A program made the translations under genes and the position numbers. Positions 22,546 to 31,418 of a stretch of 64,000 bases of DNA are shown piece after piece. The notes beneath the pieces are model-generated. The model was not told the origin of the DNA. It saw nothing but the letters and a program-made list of their open reading frames with translations, and searched no databases. Source of the stretch: an uncultured Planctomycetaceae bacterium. GTDB taxonomy: Bacteria > Planctomycetota > Planctomycetia > Isosphaerales > Isosphaeraceae. The DNA lies in NCBI GenBank assembly GCA_963833985.1, contig CAWIAD010000001.1, positions 2,144,001 through 2,208,000 of the forward strand, given 5' to 3'. Position 1 is the first letter of the stretch. Every line of letters begins with the position of its first letter.

Positions 22546-22875
22546 TCAACCAGCGAAGAGGACCTGGAGCAGGATGATGATCAGCGCGAAGAACGTCACG
22601 CCCTCGATGAGGGCCGCGGCGATGATCATGGCGGTCTGGATGTTGCCGGCGATCTCGGGCTGGCGGGCCATGCTGTCGACGGCTGCCTTGGCCAGGTTGC
22701 CGATGCCCAGGGCCGCGCCCACGATCACCAGACCCGCACCGATGGCCTTCAGATCAGAGAACGGCGCGTGCACCACTTCGGCGGCCGGCGTGGCAGTGGT
22801 TCCCTGGGCGAAGGTCGCACCGTGGGCGAAAAGCAGCAAGCCGAACGCCAGGGCGGCAGTCTTGAGAACTTTCAT
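22546..22875 (-). CDS. atpE: ATP synthase Fo subunit c, with N-terminal signal-peptide-like extension
   Basis: IGAGLVIVGAALGIG...ARQPE...AALIEG. Confidence 0.97.
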   Translation of the reverse strand: MKVLKTAALAFGLLLFAHGATFAQGTTATPAAEVVHAPFSDLKAIGAGLVIVGAALGIGNLAKAAVDSMARQPEIAGNIQTAMIIAAALIEGVTFFALIIILLQVLFAG

Positions 22876-23075
22876 CGGAACCTTGACTCCTCGTTGAAAC
22901 GCAAAAAATGGCTAGGGGGGCCTCACGACGCCCCGCAGCAGAGTAGCAGGCGAAACCCCCTTGGCCTCGCCTTGAACGATCAAGAGCCGGCCAGCGCAGG
23001 GCTCTGGCGAGCATTCCGGAGCGTCTCATTCAAATGGGTGCAGCCTTGATACTGGCCCTTCCCGCCCGGCCCCGC

Positions 23076-23903
23076 TCAGTGCGGGTGCACCGCCGAGCCG
23101 ATGAAGAGCGCCGAGAGAAACGTGAAGATGTACGCCTGTAAAAATGCGACGAAGAGCTCCAGGAGGCTCAGGCAGACGACCCCGCCGATACTTGCCGGTG
23201 CCACGAGCCCCAGTGTCCACCAGCTGTTGTACGCCATCAGGATGAAGCCGAGGATGACGGCCAGAACCACGTGCCCGGCGAACATGTTGGCGAAGAGCCG
23301 GACCGCCAGCACGATGTGGCGGATCATGAGTCCGGCCACCTCGATGAAGAACATGAGCCCCCAGAGGAACGGCTTGAGGACGCCGGGAACGTCCAGGTGC
23401 GGTACGATGCCGACCCAGTAGCCGACAAAACCCAGCTCCTTGACGCCGGCCATGATCACCGTCGCCAGCGTCATCAGGGCCAGGGCCGCTGTGACGTTGA
23501 TGTTGCCCGTGGCCGAGGCGCCTCCGGGAATCATGCCGAGCAGGTTGTTGAAGAGCACGAAGAAGAACATCGTCCAGAGAAAGGGCAAGAAACGATCGGC
23601 GCCGTGGCCGCCGATGGCGGGTCGCGCGACGTCGTCACGAATGAACAGGAGCATCGCCTCGATCATGTTGGCGAAACGCCCGCGGCTGACGTGGTTGCGG
23701 ACGACGTGCCGCACGATCGGAATCATCACCGCGAGCACCAGGGCCGCGGCGATCAGCTCCATCACCATGAAACGGCTGAGCTGGATGCCGAAGACCGAGG
23801 GAAGATGGATCTTGTGCTGGAACGCCGGGTAATTCACCCAGGGAATCTCGAGTTCGTTGTGGTCGAGCACGTGTTCCAGAGGGTTCGTGCCATGCCCAGG
23901 CAT
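23076..23903 (-). CDS. atpB: ATP synthase Fo subunit a
   Basis: NNLLGMIP, LAVRLFANMFAGH, AFLQAYIFTFL; start probably ATG 23903 (frame open to 24014). Confidence 0.96.
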   Translation of the reverse strand: MPGHGTNPLEHVLDHNELEIPWVNYPAFQHKIHLPSVFGIQLSRFMVMELIAAALVLAVMIPIVRHVVRNHVSRGRFANMIEAMLLFIRDDVARPAIGGHGADRFLPFLWTMFFFVLFNNLLGMIPGGASATGNINVTAALALMTLATVIMAGVKELGFVGYWVGIVPHLDVPGVLKPFLWGLMFFIEVAGLMIRHIVLAVRLFANMFAGHVVLAVILGFILMAYNSWWTLGLVAPASIGGVVCLSLLELFVAFLQAYIFTFLSALFIGSAVHPH

Positions 23904-24026
23904 GTGGACTCGCTCATCAAAAGGGGCGGCCAGATCGTCGAGCAGATGCTCAACGGCAAATACCGGCAAGGCCGGCTGAAGGTCGCTGCGGGTCGGGGTT
24001 GTCGTCCTCAACATTCACGAGCCGGG

Positions 24027-24284
24027 TCACTGTTTCTTGCGGCCGGCAGCCGTCAGTTCCGCGGCCATCCGCACCAGGTGCGTCATGCCCATTGCCAGCC
24101 CCAGGAACACGCCCAGGATTGTCATCCAGGGGAGTGTTTTCCACCAGCGATCCAGGCCGAAGCCAAGAAGAGCCGGCAGCCCGAACTCCAGACCGATGGT
24201 CGTGATTCGCGTCCCCCAGTCGATCCCGATTGCGATGGCCGACCTACCCTCGGGTGCTGGACTCACCGGGATCTCCACGGTCAC
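24027..24284 (-). CDS. AtpZ/AtpI-family ATP synthase accessory protein
   Basis: GLPALLGFGLDRWWKTLPWMTILGVFLG; first gene of the atp operon; GTG start uncertain. Confidence 0.82.
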   Translation of the reverse strand: MTVEIPVSPAPEGRSAIAIGIDWGTRITTIGLEFGLPALLGFGLDRWWKTLPWMTILGVFLGLAMGMTHLVRMAAELTAAGRKKQ

Positions 24285-24410
24285 AGCAGCTCGCCATCGA
24301 ATTCGAGGAGCCGTCTTGACTCGTCTGATGCCACCAGCCGGAACCACCGCGGAGCCGATGAACCGTGGTGAACAGCAATCCCTGGGGCGGGGACCTCCGC
24401 ACGTGGTTCC

Positions 24411-24438
24411 TTTATACAGTGCCACAGCGGGCTGTCAA
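24411..24438 (-). promoter_or_regulatory. Sigma70-type promoter of the atp operon
   Basis: Minus strand reads TTGACA-16 nt-TATAAA about 130 nt upstream of the first atp gene. Confidence 0.65.
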
Positions 24439-24858
24439 CCACCCAGAGAGGTGGATCGAGAAATTTTTCACAAAGTTCGCCCGACGACCGCGGCACGGTT
24501 CGGGTGCACAGCTTCGATGCTCCAGAAATGTACAGGTCCTGCCGCCCCACCGAGCCGCCCGGGTATCCTTCAACGTTTTTTTCTCGTCGCGACTTCCTGC
24601 CGGAGTCAAATCTCCTGGTTCGCGTACATCCCTCGCTTTATCAAACCTTCTCGGCAGCCCCGCGAAATGTACGTTTTCGAACACAGCCGGGACAAGCTCA
24701 TTGACAATCATCATGTGGCTATGGTAAGAGGTTTGTTACGAACAAGTTGACGGACGGTGATCTTGCCTTGCCTTCCGTGGCTCTGCTTCGACCCAGTGCG
24801 GGGACTCGCCATGTTGTTAGCCAGGCTCGGAGAGTCCGACTCGAGCGAATTTCCATTG

Positions 24859-24900
24859 CGGCCTCAGCCTCCGAAGAGCGGCTGAAGGCCGTTTTTTTTT
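24859..24900 (+). terminator. Rho-independent terminator in the intergenic region
   Basis: CGGCC-TCAGCC...GGCTGA-A-GGCCG stem followed by T9. Confidence 0.75.
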
Positions 24901-25081
24901 GCCGAATGCCCACCGCAGCCTTTCGCTCGTTGCTGGGTAAGAATCCTCCATCGGTCGTGTGCCCCCTTGTCCGGGTAACAGGGAGTTTTCCGGACCGGTC
25001 CACTCACGGATGAAGCACGCCATTTGACATCCATCGCATGCGTCGCATTACCACGCGTGCGGTACCCTGGAGTGGTTCCGT

Positions 25082-26191
25082 ATGACAGCCGATACGCTGA
25101 AGGACTGCAACAAGAAGAACCTGGCCCAGATGGCCAAGGAGCAGGGGATTTCTGGGTGGCACGCGATGCGTAAGGATCAACTGATCCGGGCCCTGACGGT
25201 GACCCGCGGCGCACGTTCGTCGCGATCGGCCAAGCCGTCCGGCCCTGCACCGAGGGTGATGCCGCCACGAACCAAGCCGCACGCGCCCAGGAAGCAGGTG
25301 GCCGGCGGGTCGGAACCCGCCGTCGCGGCCCGGCGCGCCAACCTTGTGGCAGCGTCGGCTGCCGCTGTCCCGCACACGCTGGACCACGCTTCCCAGAAGG
25401 ATCGGATCATCGTCCTGGCGCGCGACTCCTACTGGCTGCACGCGTACTGGGAATTGAGCCGCACCACGCTGGCCCGTGCTCAGGCGGCACTGGGCCAGGA
25501 CTGGCACAGCGCCCAGCCAATTCTCCGCGTGATGGATGTCACCAGCGAGGACACGACCACCTCCACGGAGCGGCAGATCCGCGACATCGCCATTCATGGC
25601 GGCGTGAACAACTGGTACATCGACGTCGTTGAGCCCCCACGCACGTTCCGGGTGGATATCGGCTACCTTTCCCGGGGCAAGAAGTTCTACGTGCTGGCGC
25701 GCTCGAACGTGGTCTCCACGCCCAAGGCGGGAGTGAGCGACGCCCTTGACGAGAACTGGAACAATGTCCAGCAGCAGTTCGAGCGCGTCCAGAACCCGTC
25801 CTCGATCGGTTCCAACCGCGTCAATTCGGTGCTCGACCTGCGCGAGCTGTTCGAGGAGCGGCTGCGGCGTCCGCTCTGTAGCGCAACGCTTCAAAACATG
25901 TCGGTGAGCGGGCTGCCCAGCCTGGGACGGAAGTTCCATTTCGAGCTCGATGCCGAGTTGATCGTCTACGGCACGACCGAGCCGGGAGCCCAGGTCACCC
26001 TCCAGGGCGAGCCTGTGCATCTTCGCCCTGATGGAACCTTCACAGTGCGCTTCAGCCTGCCCGACTCACGGCAGATCATCCCCGCGGTTGCCTCCAGCGG
26101 CGACGGGGTGGAGGAGCGGACCATCGTCCTGGCGGTGGAGCGAAACACCAAAGAGCTTGAGCCGATGATCCACGACAACAACGAGATCTAA
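25082..26191 (+). CDS. DUF4912 protein with N-terminal Rho-N-like domain
   Basis: LAQMAKEQGISGWHAMRKDQLIRAL (Rho-N-like); ARDSYWLHAYWE; DAELIVYGTTEPGAQVT...DGTFTVRF. Confidence 0.85.
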   Translation: MTADTLKDCNKKNLAQMAKEQGISGWHAMRKDQLIRALTVTRGARSSRSAKPSGPAPRVMPPRTKPHAPRKQVAGGSEPAVAARRANLVAASAAAVPHTLDHASQKDRIIVLARDSYWLHAYWELSRTTLARAQAALGQDWHSAQPILRVMDVTSEDTTTSTERQIRDIAIHGGVNNWYIDVVEPPRTFRVDIGYLSRGKKFYVLARSNVVSTPKAGVSDALDENWNNVQQQFERVQNPSSIGSNRVNSVLDLRELFEERLRRPLCSATLQNMSVSGLPSLGRKFHFELDAELIVYGTTEPGAQVTLQGEPVHLRPDGTFTVRFSLPDSRQIIPAVASSGDGVEERTIVLAVERNTKELEPMIHDNNEI

Positions 26192-26436
26192 GCCGAGGCG
26201 AAGGCTGCCACTCCCGGTACCTGGAAGGGCCGGCGCTGTGGCGTTCGGGCCGCACAACAGCCGTGGGACTGATGGCCCGGGAACGTCGCGCGACTGCAGG
26301 GCGCGCGCGGCGTTCGCCGCTTGCATGTTGCCAGCGTTTCGCACTGGCCTTACACTGGAAAGGAGGCCGCGAGCAGGCAGTGAACGCCTCACCCTTGAGG
26401 CATCGCGAGGGATGTCGGCCCGCCGGGAGAGAGCCC

Positions 26437-27207
26437 GTGAGTCAGGACATTTCTTCCATTCTGGCCGGCTGGGAATTCAACCCCGACGAACTTCAGGTCC
26501 GGATCATCCGCCACGAAGATGGCACCGAACGCATTCAGATGCGGGTGGACCTGGGGGTCCTCCAGATGGAGCTGGCCGGGCGGCCGGACGGCCAGAAACC
26601 CTCGGGCTTCGAGTCACTGCTCGACCTTTACGAAGCGCGCCAGAAGAACGCCGAGGCGGCCGGGAAAGATTTCGCCCTGGATCATCGTGCCTGCGGGAAC
26701 CTGATGCGTGAAGGGCTGCAATATTACCATCGCTACCTCTCCGCCTTTCACCTTCAGAAATACGATCTCGTCTCCCGGGACACCGAACGAAATCTACGCC
26801 TCTTCGCGTTCGTGGTGAAACATGCCTCGCAGCAGCGCGACAAGATCGAGTTCGATCAGTACCGCCCCTATGTGCACATGATGCGTACCCGGGCACTTGC
26901 ACTCAGGACCCTGGCTGAGGGCGACTTTCGCAGAGCCCTCACGGAGATCGACGAGGGCATCACCCACATCCGCGCCTTCCTTCGAGAGTACAAGCAGGAG
27001 GACCGCGAGGCCGACTGCTCGGAACTTGGCTTCCTGGTGCGATGGCGCCGCGAGCTCGAGCGGGAACAGCCGATGAGCCCGCTGGAGCGCATCCAGGAGC
27101 AACTGGAACTGGCCGTCTCACTCGAGGACTACGAAGAAGCCGCTCGCCTCCGCGACCAGCTCAAGCAGCTCCGCGGTCCCTCCGTCGAGGAGAGCCGGCG
27201 GCCTTGA
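26437..27207 (+). CDS. Conserved protein with C-terminal UvrB/UvrC (UVR) motif
   Basis: IQMRVDLGVLQMELAGRPDG; C-terminal LELAVSLEDYEEAARLRDQL; GTG start after GGGAGAG. Confidence 0.82.
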   Translation: MSQDISSILAGWEFNPDELQVRIIRHEDGTERIQMRVDLGVLQMELAGRPDGQKPSGFESLLDLYEARQKNAEAAGKDFALDHRACGNLMREGLQYYHRYLSAFHLQKYDLVSRDTERNLRLFAFVVKHASQQRDKIEFDQYRPYVHMMRTRALALRTLAEGDFRRALTEIDEGITHIRAFLREYKQEDREADCSELGFLVRWRRELEREQPMSPLERIQEQLELAVSLEDYEEAARLRDQLKQLRGPSVEESRRP

Positions 27208-27271
27208 TCCGAGGCCTCTTGCCAGCCCGGACAGGGTCCGCGATCGGTACTCGTTTTTGGTGGCCTCACCC

Positions 27272-27300
27272 TTGCCAGACGGTAATCCCGGAGCTACGAT
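27272..27300 (+). promoter_or_regulatory. Sigma70-type promoter of ssrS-ygfA
   Basis: TTGCCA-17 nt-TACGAT immediately upstream of the 6S RNA candidate. Confidence 0.6.
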
Positions 27301-27326
27301 GACATTGTTCGGTTTCGGCCGATCTA

Positions 27327-27486
27327 GCCTCTGCCATGTTCGACAGGGGGCGTACTTTTGGCGAACCAACATTTAACCCGTAGGGACCCAGTATCGACCT
27401 CTTGAAGCTCCGGTTTCTCGAAGGTCCGAGGCTCCCACTTGAACTGCGGGTTCTCAAAAGCGCCCCAACGGCATTACGGTGGAGGT
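27327..27486 (+). ncRNA. ssrS: 6S RNA
   Basis: Long closing stem: CCTCTGCC/GGTGGAGG, and GGGGCG-TA-CTTTTG-GC-GAACC pairs with GGTTC-T-CAAAAG-CGCCCC. CACTTGAACTGCGGGTTC...CGGCAT resembles the 3' strand of known 6S RNAs. Lies directly upstream of ygfA (established ssrS-ygfA synteny). Confidence 0.82.
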
Positions 27487-27492
27487 GAATCA

Positions 27493-27530
27493 CCCGTGCC
27501 AGCCCTCTTCTGAGGGATGACACGGGTTTG
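27493..27530 (+). terminator. Hairpin downstream of 6S RNA (terminator or processing signal)
   Basis: CCCGTG-CCA-G-CCCTC-TTCT-GAGGG-A-TGA-CACGGG followed by TTTG. Confidence 0.5.
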
Positions 27531-27585
27531 CTGTTTCATGAGGCGAAATCGGCTGTTCCCAGGTTCTCATGAGCCTGCATCATTC

Positions 27586-28185
27586 ATGGATCAGATCAAC
27601 TCGTGCAGGCACTCCAAGCAGGCACTTCGGCGCCTTGTAAAGCGGACCATTCTGAGCCTCTCGCCCGACCTCCGCACCACCTTCGAGAACGACCTGCACG
27701 CGCGTTTTCCGGAGCTTCCCGGCTACGGCCACGCCACAACGGTACTGCTCTACGTCACAGCCTTTGCGGAGGAGATCAGCACCCGGCTCTGCCTGCTTCA
27801 CGCCTTGAACGCGGGCAAGAGGCTCCTCTGCCCGCGAGTCGACCGCGCGGGCAACCGTCTGCGGCTTTTCCAGATTGGCTCGCTGGAAGCCGATCTTGCG
27901 CCGGGGATGCTGGGGATTCCTGAACCGCGGCCAGGGTGCCCGGAGGTCGATCCGGCGGAGGTGGACTGGGCACTGGTTCCCGGCCTGGCCTTCGACCCTG
28001 GAGGATACCGCCTGGGCCGGGGCGCAGGCCTTTATGACCGCCTCTTACCCGCCCTGCGCCCGGATGCCCCGTGCTGGGCGTTGAGCTTTGAGTGCCAGAT
28101 ACTCGCCAGCCTGCCGGTGGAACCGCACGATGTACCGATCGACGGGGTCCAGACCCCAATGCGCATGATCAGGCGTCACGCGTAG
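27586..28185 (+). CDS. ygfA: 5-formyltetrahydrofolate cyclo-ligase
   Basis: KQALRR, GIPEP, LVPGLAFD...RLGRGAGLYDR, EPHDVPID. Confidence 0.93.
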   Translation: MDQINSCRHSKQALRRLVKRTILSLSPDLRTTFENDLHARFPELPGYGHATTVLLYVTAFAEEISTRLCLLHALNAGKRLLCPRVDRAGNRLRLFQIGSLEADLAPGMLGIPEPRPGCPEVDPAEVDWALVPGLAFDPGGYRLGRGAGLYDRLLPALRPDAPCWALSFECQILASLPVEPHDVPIDGVQTPMRMIRRHA

Positions 28186-28200
28186 CCCGCGGAGCCGCGA

Positions 28201-29421
28201 TCATTGACCCTTCACCTCGATGATCGGCGGCTCCTTGAACTGGTCGTATGCGCTGGCGATCTGCGCCGCGGCCGCGTCGCCCTCGTGCAGGATGACGCGG
28301 TAGGAGAAGGTCAACGACTGGCCCGCGGGCAAAGTGTAGTCACCGGCCTTTCCAAGGCCGAAGTCGTGCCATCCAAAAGGGTTGGCCGCGAACAACCCGT
28401 AGGTTCGCACGTGCCAGGTGGTCGGGAAGCGGAAGCTGCGCGGGTGGTTGAGCACGGCGATCCCCACGGTCTTACCGCCAATCTGCCCGGAGTAGTCGAC
28501 CCAGGGCGAAGCCTTGCCCCACGCCTGGGCGTCGGCCAGTCCCTCGGCGTTGACGATCTTCCCCCCCTGGCGCCTGTCGACATCCATACTGCTGGCCACC
28601 CGCAGGCCGAACATGCCTTCCTTCGTATCGCCGAAGGTCACCGCCCCGGCCGAAGCTTCGATCACGACATCGAAATCGATGATAGTAAACCGTTTCGTTC
28701 GATAGAATGTGAGCGCTCGCTGGTCGCCGCAGACCTTGCGGCCGTCCGGGCCAATCCAGTCGTCGCTGGTGCAGAGCCGCGCCAGCACGGGCCCCGCCAC
28801 GGTGCACCGACGCGCGGTTTCCCTGATGGATCCGTGGCGGCCTTGTTCGGACCAGAAATCGATTCCGTTGACTTTCCCGTGAGTGAACCAGAACGACCGC
28901 TGGTGCGGATGGTCGTGATCCTCGCCGGGTCGATTTTCCATCGGAAAAGCGCGGGTGTAAGAGAGGCCGGTAGGCCCCATGACGGGGAACAGAAACGGCT
29001 TGGGGCCTGCGTCGACGTGATACTCCGCGATCAGGCCGCCGTGCCACGACACCGACAGGTTCAAGCCGCCGGGCTCCATCTGAAAGCCCTCGGTCGCCGG
29101 CGGAGCCGCAGCCAGCGGGCGCAGCGCATAGGCCCCGGGACGGCTGGCCGCCGGCAGTATGCTGGCGAGGTACTGCTTCCCTGAGTCGCCGAAGACCTGG
29201 GCGATGGTGGGAGCCGATCTTCCGGGCAGTTCCAGCGCGTAGACGCCCCGTGGCATTGAGGCCGCTTCCACCAGGACCGGCAGATCGAGGGACTCGGTGC
29301 GGCCGCTGCCGATCTCCAGTCGCCATTCCTCTGCCCCGGCCAGAGATCCGTGGGCGACCAGGGTCAGCAGAGCGGCCAGTCCCGGCGATAAAAATGCGCG
29401 AGGGTTGATGAAACGTGCCAT
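28201..29421 (-). CDS. Secreted PmoA/DUF6807-family protein (not particulate methane monooxygenase)
   Basis: KPFLFPV, DHPHQRSFWFTHG, FGDTKEG, WHVRTYGLFAANPFG; signal peptide. Confidence 0.82.
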   Translation of the reverse strand: MARFINPRAFLSPGLAALLTLVAHGSLAGAEEWRLEIGSGRTESLDLPVLVEAASMPRGVYALELPGRSAPTIAQVFGDSGKQYLASILPAASRPGAYALRPLAAAPPATEGFQMEPGGLNLSVSWHGGLIAEYHVDAGPKPFLFPVMGPTGLSYTRAFPMENRPGEDHDHPHQRSFWFTHGKVNGIDFWSEQGRHGSIRETARRCTVAGPVLARLCTSDDWIGPDGRKVCGDQRALTFYRTKRFTIIDFDVVIEASAGAVTFGDTKEGMFGLRVASSMDVDRRQGGKIVNAEGLADAQAWGKASPWVDYSGQIGGKTVGIAVLNHPRSFRFPTTWHVRTYGLFAANPFGWHDFGLGKAGDYTLPAGQSLTFSYRVILHEGDAAAAQIASAYDQFKEPPIIEVKGQ

Positions 29422-29702
29422 GGTGAGTGTGGTCCCCACTTCACAAGACCGTGAACGCATCGATGACGGCTGAGGCGGCGGAACGATCAAGCAGCGCGCG
29501 CCGGTGCATCGAGCTTAGCGGTTCGGGGCAACGCATGCGATGTTCCAGCGGTCTGCCAGGGCGGGTTTCAGCGGCCTGGGCGGACCGGGCCGCATCGACA
29601 GCCCGAGCGGCGACAGGCGTCGCTTCCTCTGGTTTGCGGGCCCCGGCGCATCCGGCCGATGCCGGTAGGCGTCGATCGTTTTCATAGCAGCCGCTTTTCT
29701 CG

Positions 29703-29731
29703 TTGAAAAGAGTGAACAGGCCTCATATAGT
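29703..29731 (+). promoter_or_regulatory. Sigma70-type promoter of the RRM gene
   Basis: TTGAAA-17 nt-TATAGT. Confidence 0.6.
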
Positions 29732-29784
29732 GAACCTACCAGCGTTTCAGCGGTCCGAGGAGAGCCTGGTTGCGGGCGAATGCG

Positions 29785-30096
29785 ATGGCGAAAAGGCTTT
29801 ACGTCGGGAACCTCAAGTACACCGTGACTTCCGAGCAGCTCGAAGAGCTGTTCGAGCAATTTGGGGTCGTGAACTCGGCCCAGGTCTTGATTGATCGCGA
29901 CACGGGGCGGAGCCGTGGATTCGGCTTCGTCGAGATGCAAAATGATGACGAGGCAGACGCGGCCATCGAGTCTCTCGACGGCCGCGACCACGACGGCCGC
30001 CGTCTTACCGTCAACGAGGCCAAGCCACGAACCCAGGGGGGCGGTGGGGGAAGCGGAGGCGGTTACCGGCGCGGCGGTTACGACCGAGACTACTGA
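29785..30096 (+). CDS. RRM (RNP-1) RNA-binding protein with Gly-rich tail
   Basis: LYVGNL (RNP2), RGFGFVEM (RNP1), LTVNEAKPR. Confidence 0.95.
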   Translation: MAKRLYVGNLKYTVTSEQLEELFEQFGVVNSAQVLIDRDTGRSRGFGFVEMQNDDEADAAIESLDGRDHDGRRLTVNEAKPRTQGGGGGSGGGYRRGGYDRDY

Positions 30097-30120
30097 GGCG
30101 AGCCGCGAACCGTTCCGCAC

Positions 30121-31374
30121 ATGCCGTTCCGGGAGGCAACCATCCAGAAACTCATCGCCGGCTCGCCGGCCACCCGGAATTCGCCGTCGCTCGAGATGCC
30201 AGCACCTGACGCGTGCTCAGCCCGGAATGAGGCTGATCCCTCGTGGATCCGGCCGCGCGCCGCGTACATACACGTTCCATTCTGCGCCCACAAGTGCGGC
30301 TACTGCGACTTTGCATCGCTGGCGGGTTCCGACCACCTCGCGGAACGCTACCTGCAAGCCCTGGAGCACGAGATCGCCACGGCCCTGCGACAGCCTCAAC
30401 CGGTGACGACGATCTTCGTCGGCGGGGGGACGCCGACCAGGCTCGGCCCTGACCAGCTCGATCGGCTGATGGCAATCATCGGGCGCTGGTTTTCCCTGGA
30501 GCCGGGGGGGGAATGGACCGTCGAGGCGAACCCGGGAACCGTCGACGTATCGAAGGCGGACATCCTGGCAGCCGCCGGCGTCAACCGCGTCAGCCTGGGC
30601 GCGCAGTCGTTCCGGCCGTCGCTGCTGGCCGCGCTGGAACGGAATCACGGTCCGGACGAGGTCGCTACCGCGGTGGAATTGATTGCCGCTCGATTCCCGC
30701 GCTGGTCGCTCGACCTCATCTTCGGCATCCCCGGATCGACGCTCGCCGACTGCCAGGAGGATCTCGCGACAGCGCTCGGGCTCGGGCCCGCGCACATTTC
30801 GTGTTACGGCCTGGTCTACGAGAAGGGGACCAACCTCTGGAAAGAATGGCAGGCCGGGAAAGTGATGGAGGTGGATGAAGCGACCGAGCGGGCGATGTAC
30901 GAGAGCGTGATGGACAGGCTCTCCGCATCGGGGCTGGAGATGTACGAGATCTCGAACTTTGCACGGCCCGGCCACGAGTCGCTTCATAACCTGGTGTACT
31001 GGGTGAACGACGCCTATTTCGGGTTTGGTCTGGGCGCCGCGCGATACGTCGCGGGAGTGCGCTCGGTCAACACGCGTGACCTGGCGGCCTACCTGCGCCG
31101 GATCGAGGCGGGCGAACCGGCCACCGGACCGAGCGAGCGGCTTGATCCCGAGGCGCGCGCCCGCGAGACGGCCATGCTCATGCTCCGCCGCACCAGGCTG
31201 GGGATCGACCGGGACGATTACCGGAGGCGCACCGGCTTCACCGTGGACGCGCTCTTCGGCGATCTGGTGGCTCGTTTCGTGGACAGGGGCTTGCTCGAGG
31301 ACAGCGGCCAGCGAGTCCGGTTCACCCGGGAGGGGCTGTTCCTGGCTGACATCGTGCTTCGCGAGCTGGTCTGA
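30121..31374 (+). CDS. hemW: Radical SAM heme chaperone HemW (HemN-like)
   Basis: YIHVPFCAHKCGYCDF, GGGTPT, YEISNF, HNLVYW; start may be a later ATG. Confidence 0.92.
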   Translation: MPFREATIQKLIAGSPATRNSPSLEMPAPDACSARNEADPSWIRPRAAYIHVPFCAHKCGYCDFASLAGSDHLAERYLQALEHEIATALRQPQPVTTIFVGGGTPTRLGPDQLDRLMAIIGRWFSLEPGGEWTVEANPGTVDVSKADILAAAGVNRVSLGAQSFRPSLLAALERNHGPDEVATAVELIAARFPRWSLDLIFGIPGSTLADCQEDLATALGLGPAHISCYGLVYEKGTNLWKEWQAGKVMEVDEATERAMYESVMDRLSASGLEMYEISNFARPGHESLHNLVYWVNDAYFGFGLGAARYVAGVRSVNTRDLAAYLRRIEAGEPATGPSERLDPEARARETAMLMLRRTRLGIDRDDYRRRTGFTVDALFGDLVARFVDRGLLEDSGQRVRFTREGLFLADIVLRELV

Positions 31375-31418
31375 AAAGACCCGCGCCGTGCGGCCGTGAA
31401 CGTTCACCCGGGACTGAA

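Noticed and set aside
28201..29421. 'PmoA' family label suggesting methanotrophy
   Set aside because: This is a soluble secreted DUF6807-type protein with no pmoCAB context
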